DNA of 32,000 nucleotides from Xanthomonas campestris pv. campestris str. ATCC 33913 (GTDB lineage Bacteria; Pseudomonadota; Gammaproteobacteria; Xanthomonadales; Xanthomonadaceae): NCBI RefSeq assembly GCF_000007145.1, contig NC_003902.1, positions 60,001 to 92,000 of the forward strand, read 5' to 3'. Shown piece by piece: positions 31,899 to 32,000 of this stretch (position 1 is its first letter; each line of letters starts with the position of its first letter). The notes under the pieces were generated by a model. It saw only the letters and a program-made list of their open reading frames with translations, ran no database searches and was not told where the DNA came from. The position numbers and the translations under genes were made by a program.

Positions 31899-32000
31899 AG
31901 TGGGGGCTGCGCCGGCGACTATGCGCGGTGCGACTTTAGGAAATCGTTAGCTGCCAGCGGCCCTTGCCATGGCAGCGCGCTGCGGACCGGCTGGCGTTCA

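Noticed and set aside
1-32000. A search for tRNA, rRNA, tmRNA, IS elements/transposases and integrases.
   Set aside because: I saw no T-loop/acceptor-like motifs in a tRNA context, no rRNA-like stretches, and no DDE, tyrosine or serine recombinase motifs in any listed ORF. This was an eye scan only, so small RNAs could have been missed.

Overview
High-GC chromosome segment (most lines ~60-70% G+C by eye). Three hallmarks point to Xanthomonas or a close relative: a perfect PIP box, XVIPCD-like C-terminal domains, and GTAGGAGCGCGC-type palindromic REP elements. No rRNA, tRNA, CRISPR array, transposase or integrase was recognised.

Left third (1-13.6 kb):
- A TonB-dependent receptor plus Tat-secreted 2H phosphoesterase operon, facing a ROK regulator across a 23-bp palindrome.
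- A PIP-box-preceded GDPD-domain protein, a candidate HrpX-regulated secreted protein.
- A translationally coupled MrfA/YprA-like DExH helicase and YprB-like exonuclease pair.
- A class II Fic gene bracketed by perfect 52-bp direct repeats.
- A hemolysin-III family gene.

Middle (13.6-24.8 kb), a mosaic accessory stretch:
- A ParE-type toxin/antitoxin pair.
- A ~140-nt rod-like palindromic element.
- An orphan lipoprotein.
- An HxlR / NAD(P)H-quinone reductase unit with a truncated SnoaL-like gene.
- A sharply low-GC two-gene cassette, ParA-like ATPase plus HEPN (Rx4H) protein. This is my best candidate for an uncharacterised defence or toxin module.
- A cluster of Xanthomonadales T4SS effector-like genes carrying XVIPCD: one HExxH effector with an upstream lipoprotein (candidate immunity), one N-terminally truncated paralogue, one frameshifted remnant, and a duplicated small periplasmic-protein gene.

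Right third:
- RibD_C/DHFR-like and CsbD genes, a LuxR HTH-only ORF, and a decayed gene 3' end.
- An NYN/PIN-like nuclease-fold protein, a membrane HDOD protein and an SRPBCC/AHSA1 protein.
- Three regularly spaced 68-bp palindromic REPs.
- A protealysin-like M4 protease coupled to an emfourin-like inhibitor gene.

All family assignments come from motifs read by eye in the supplied translations. No searches were run.
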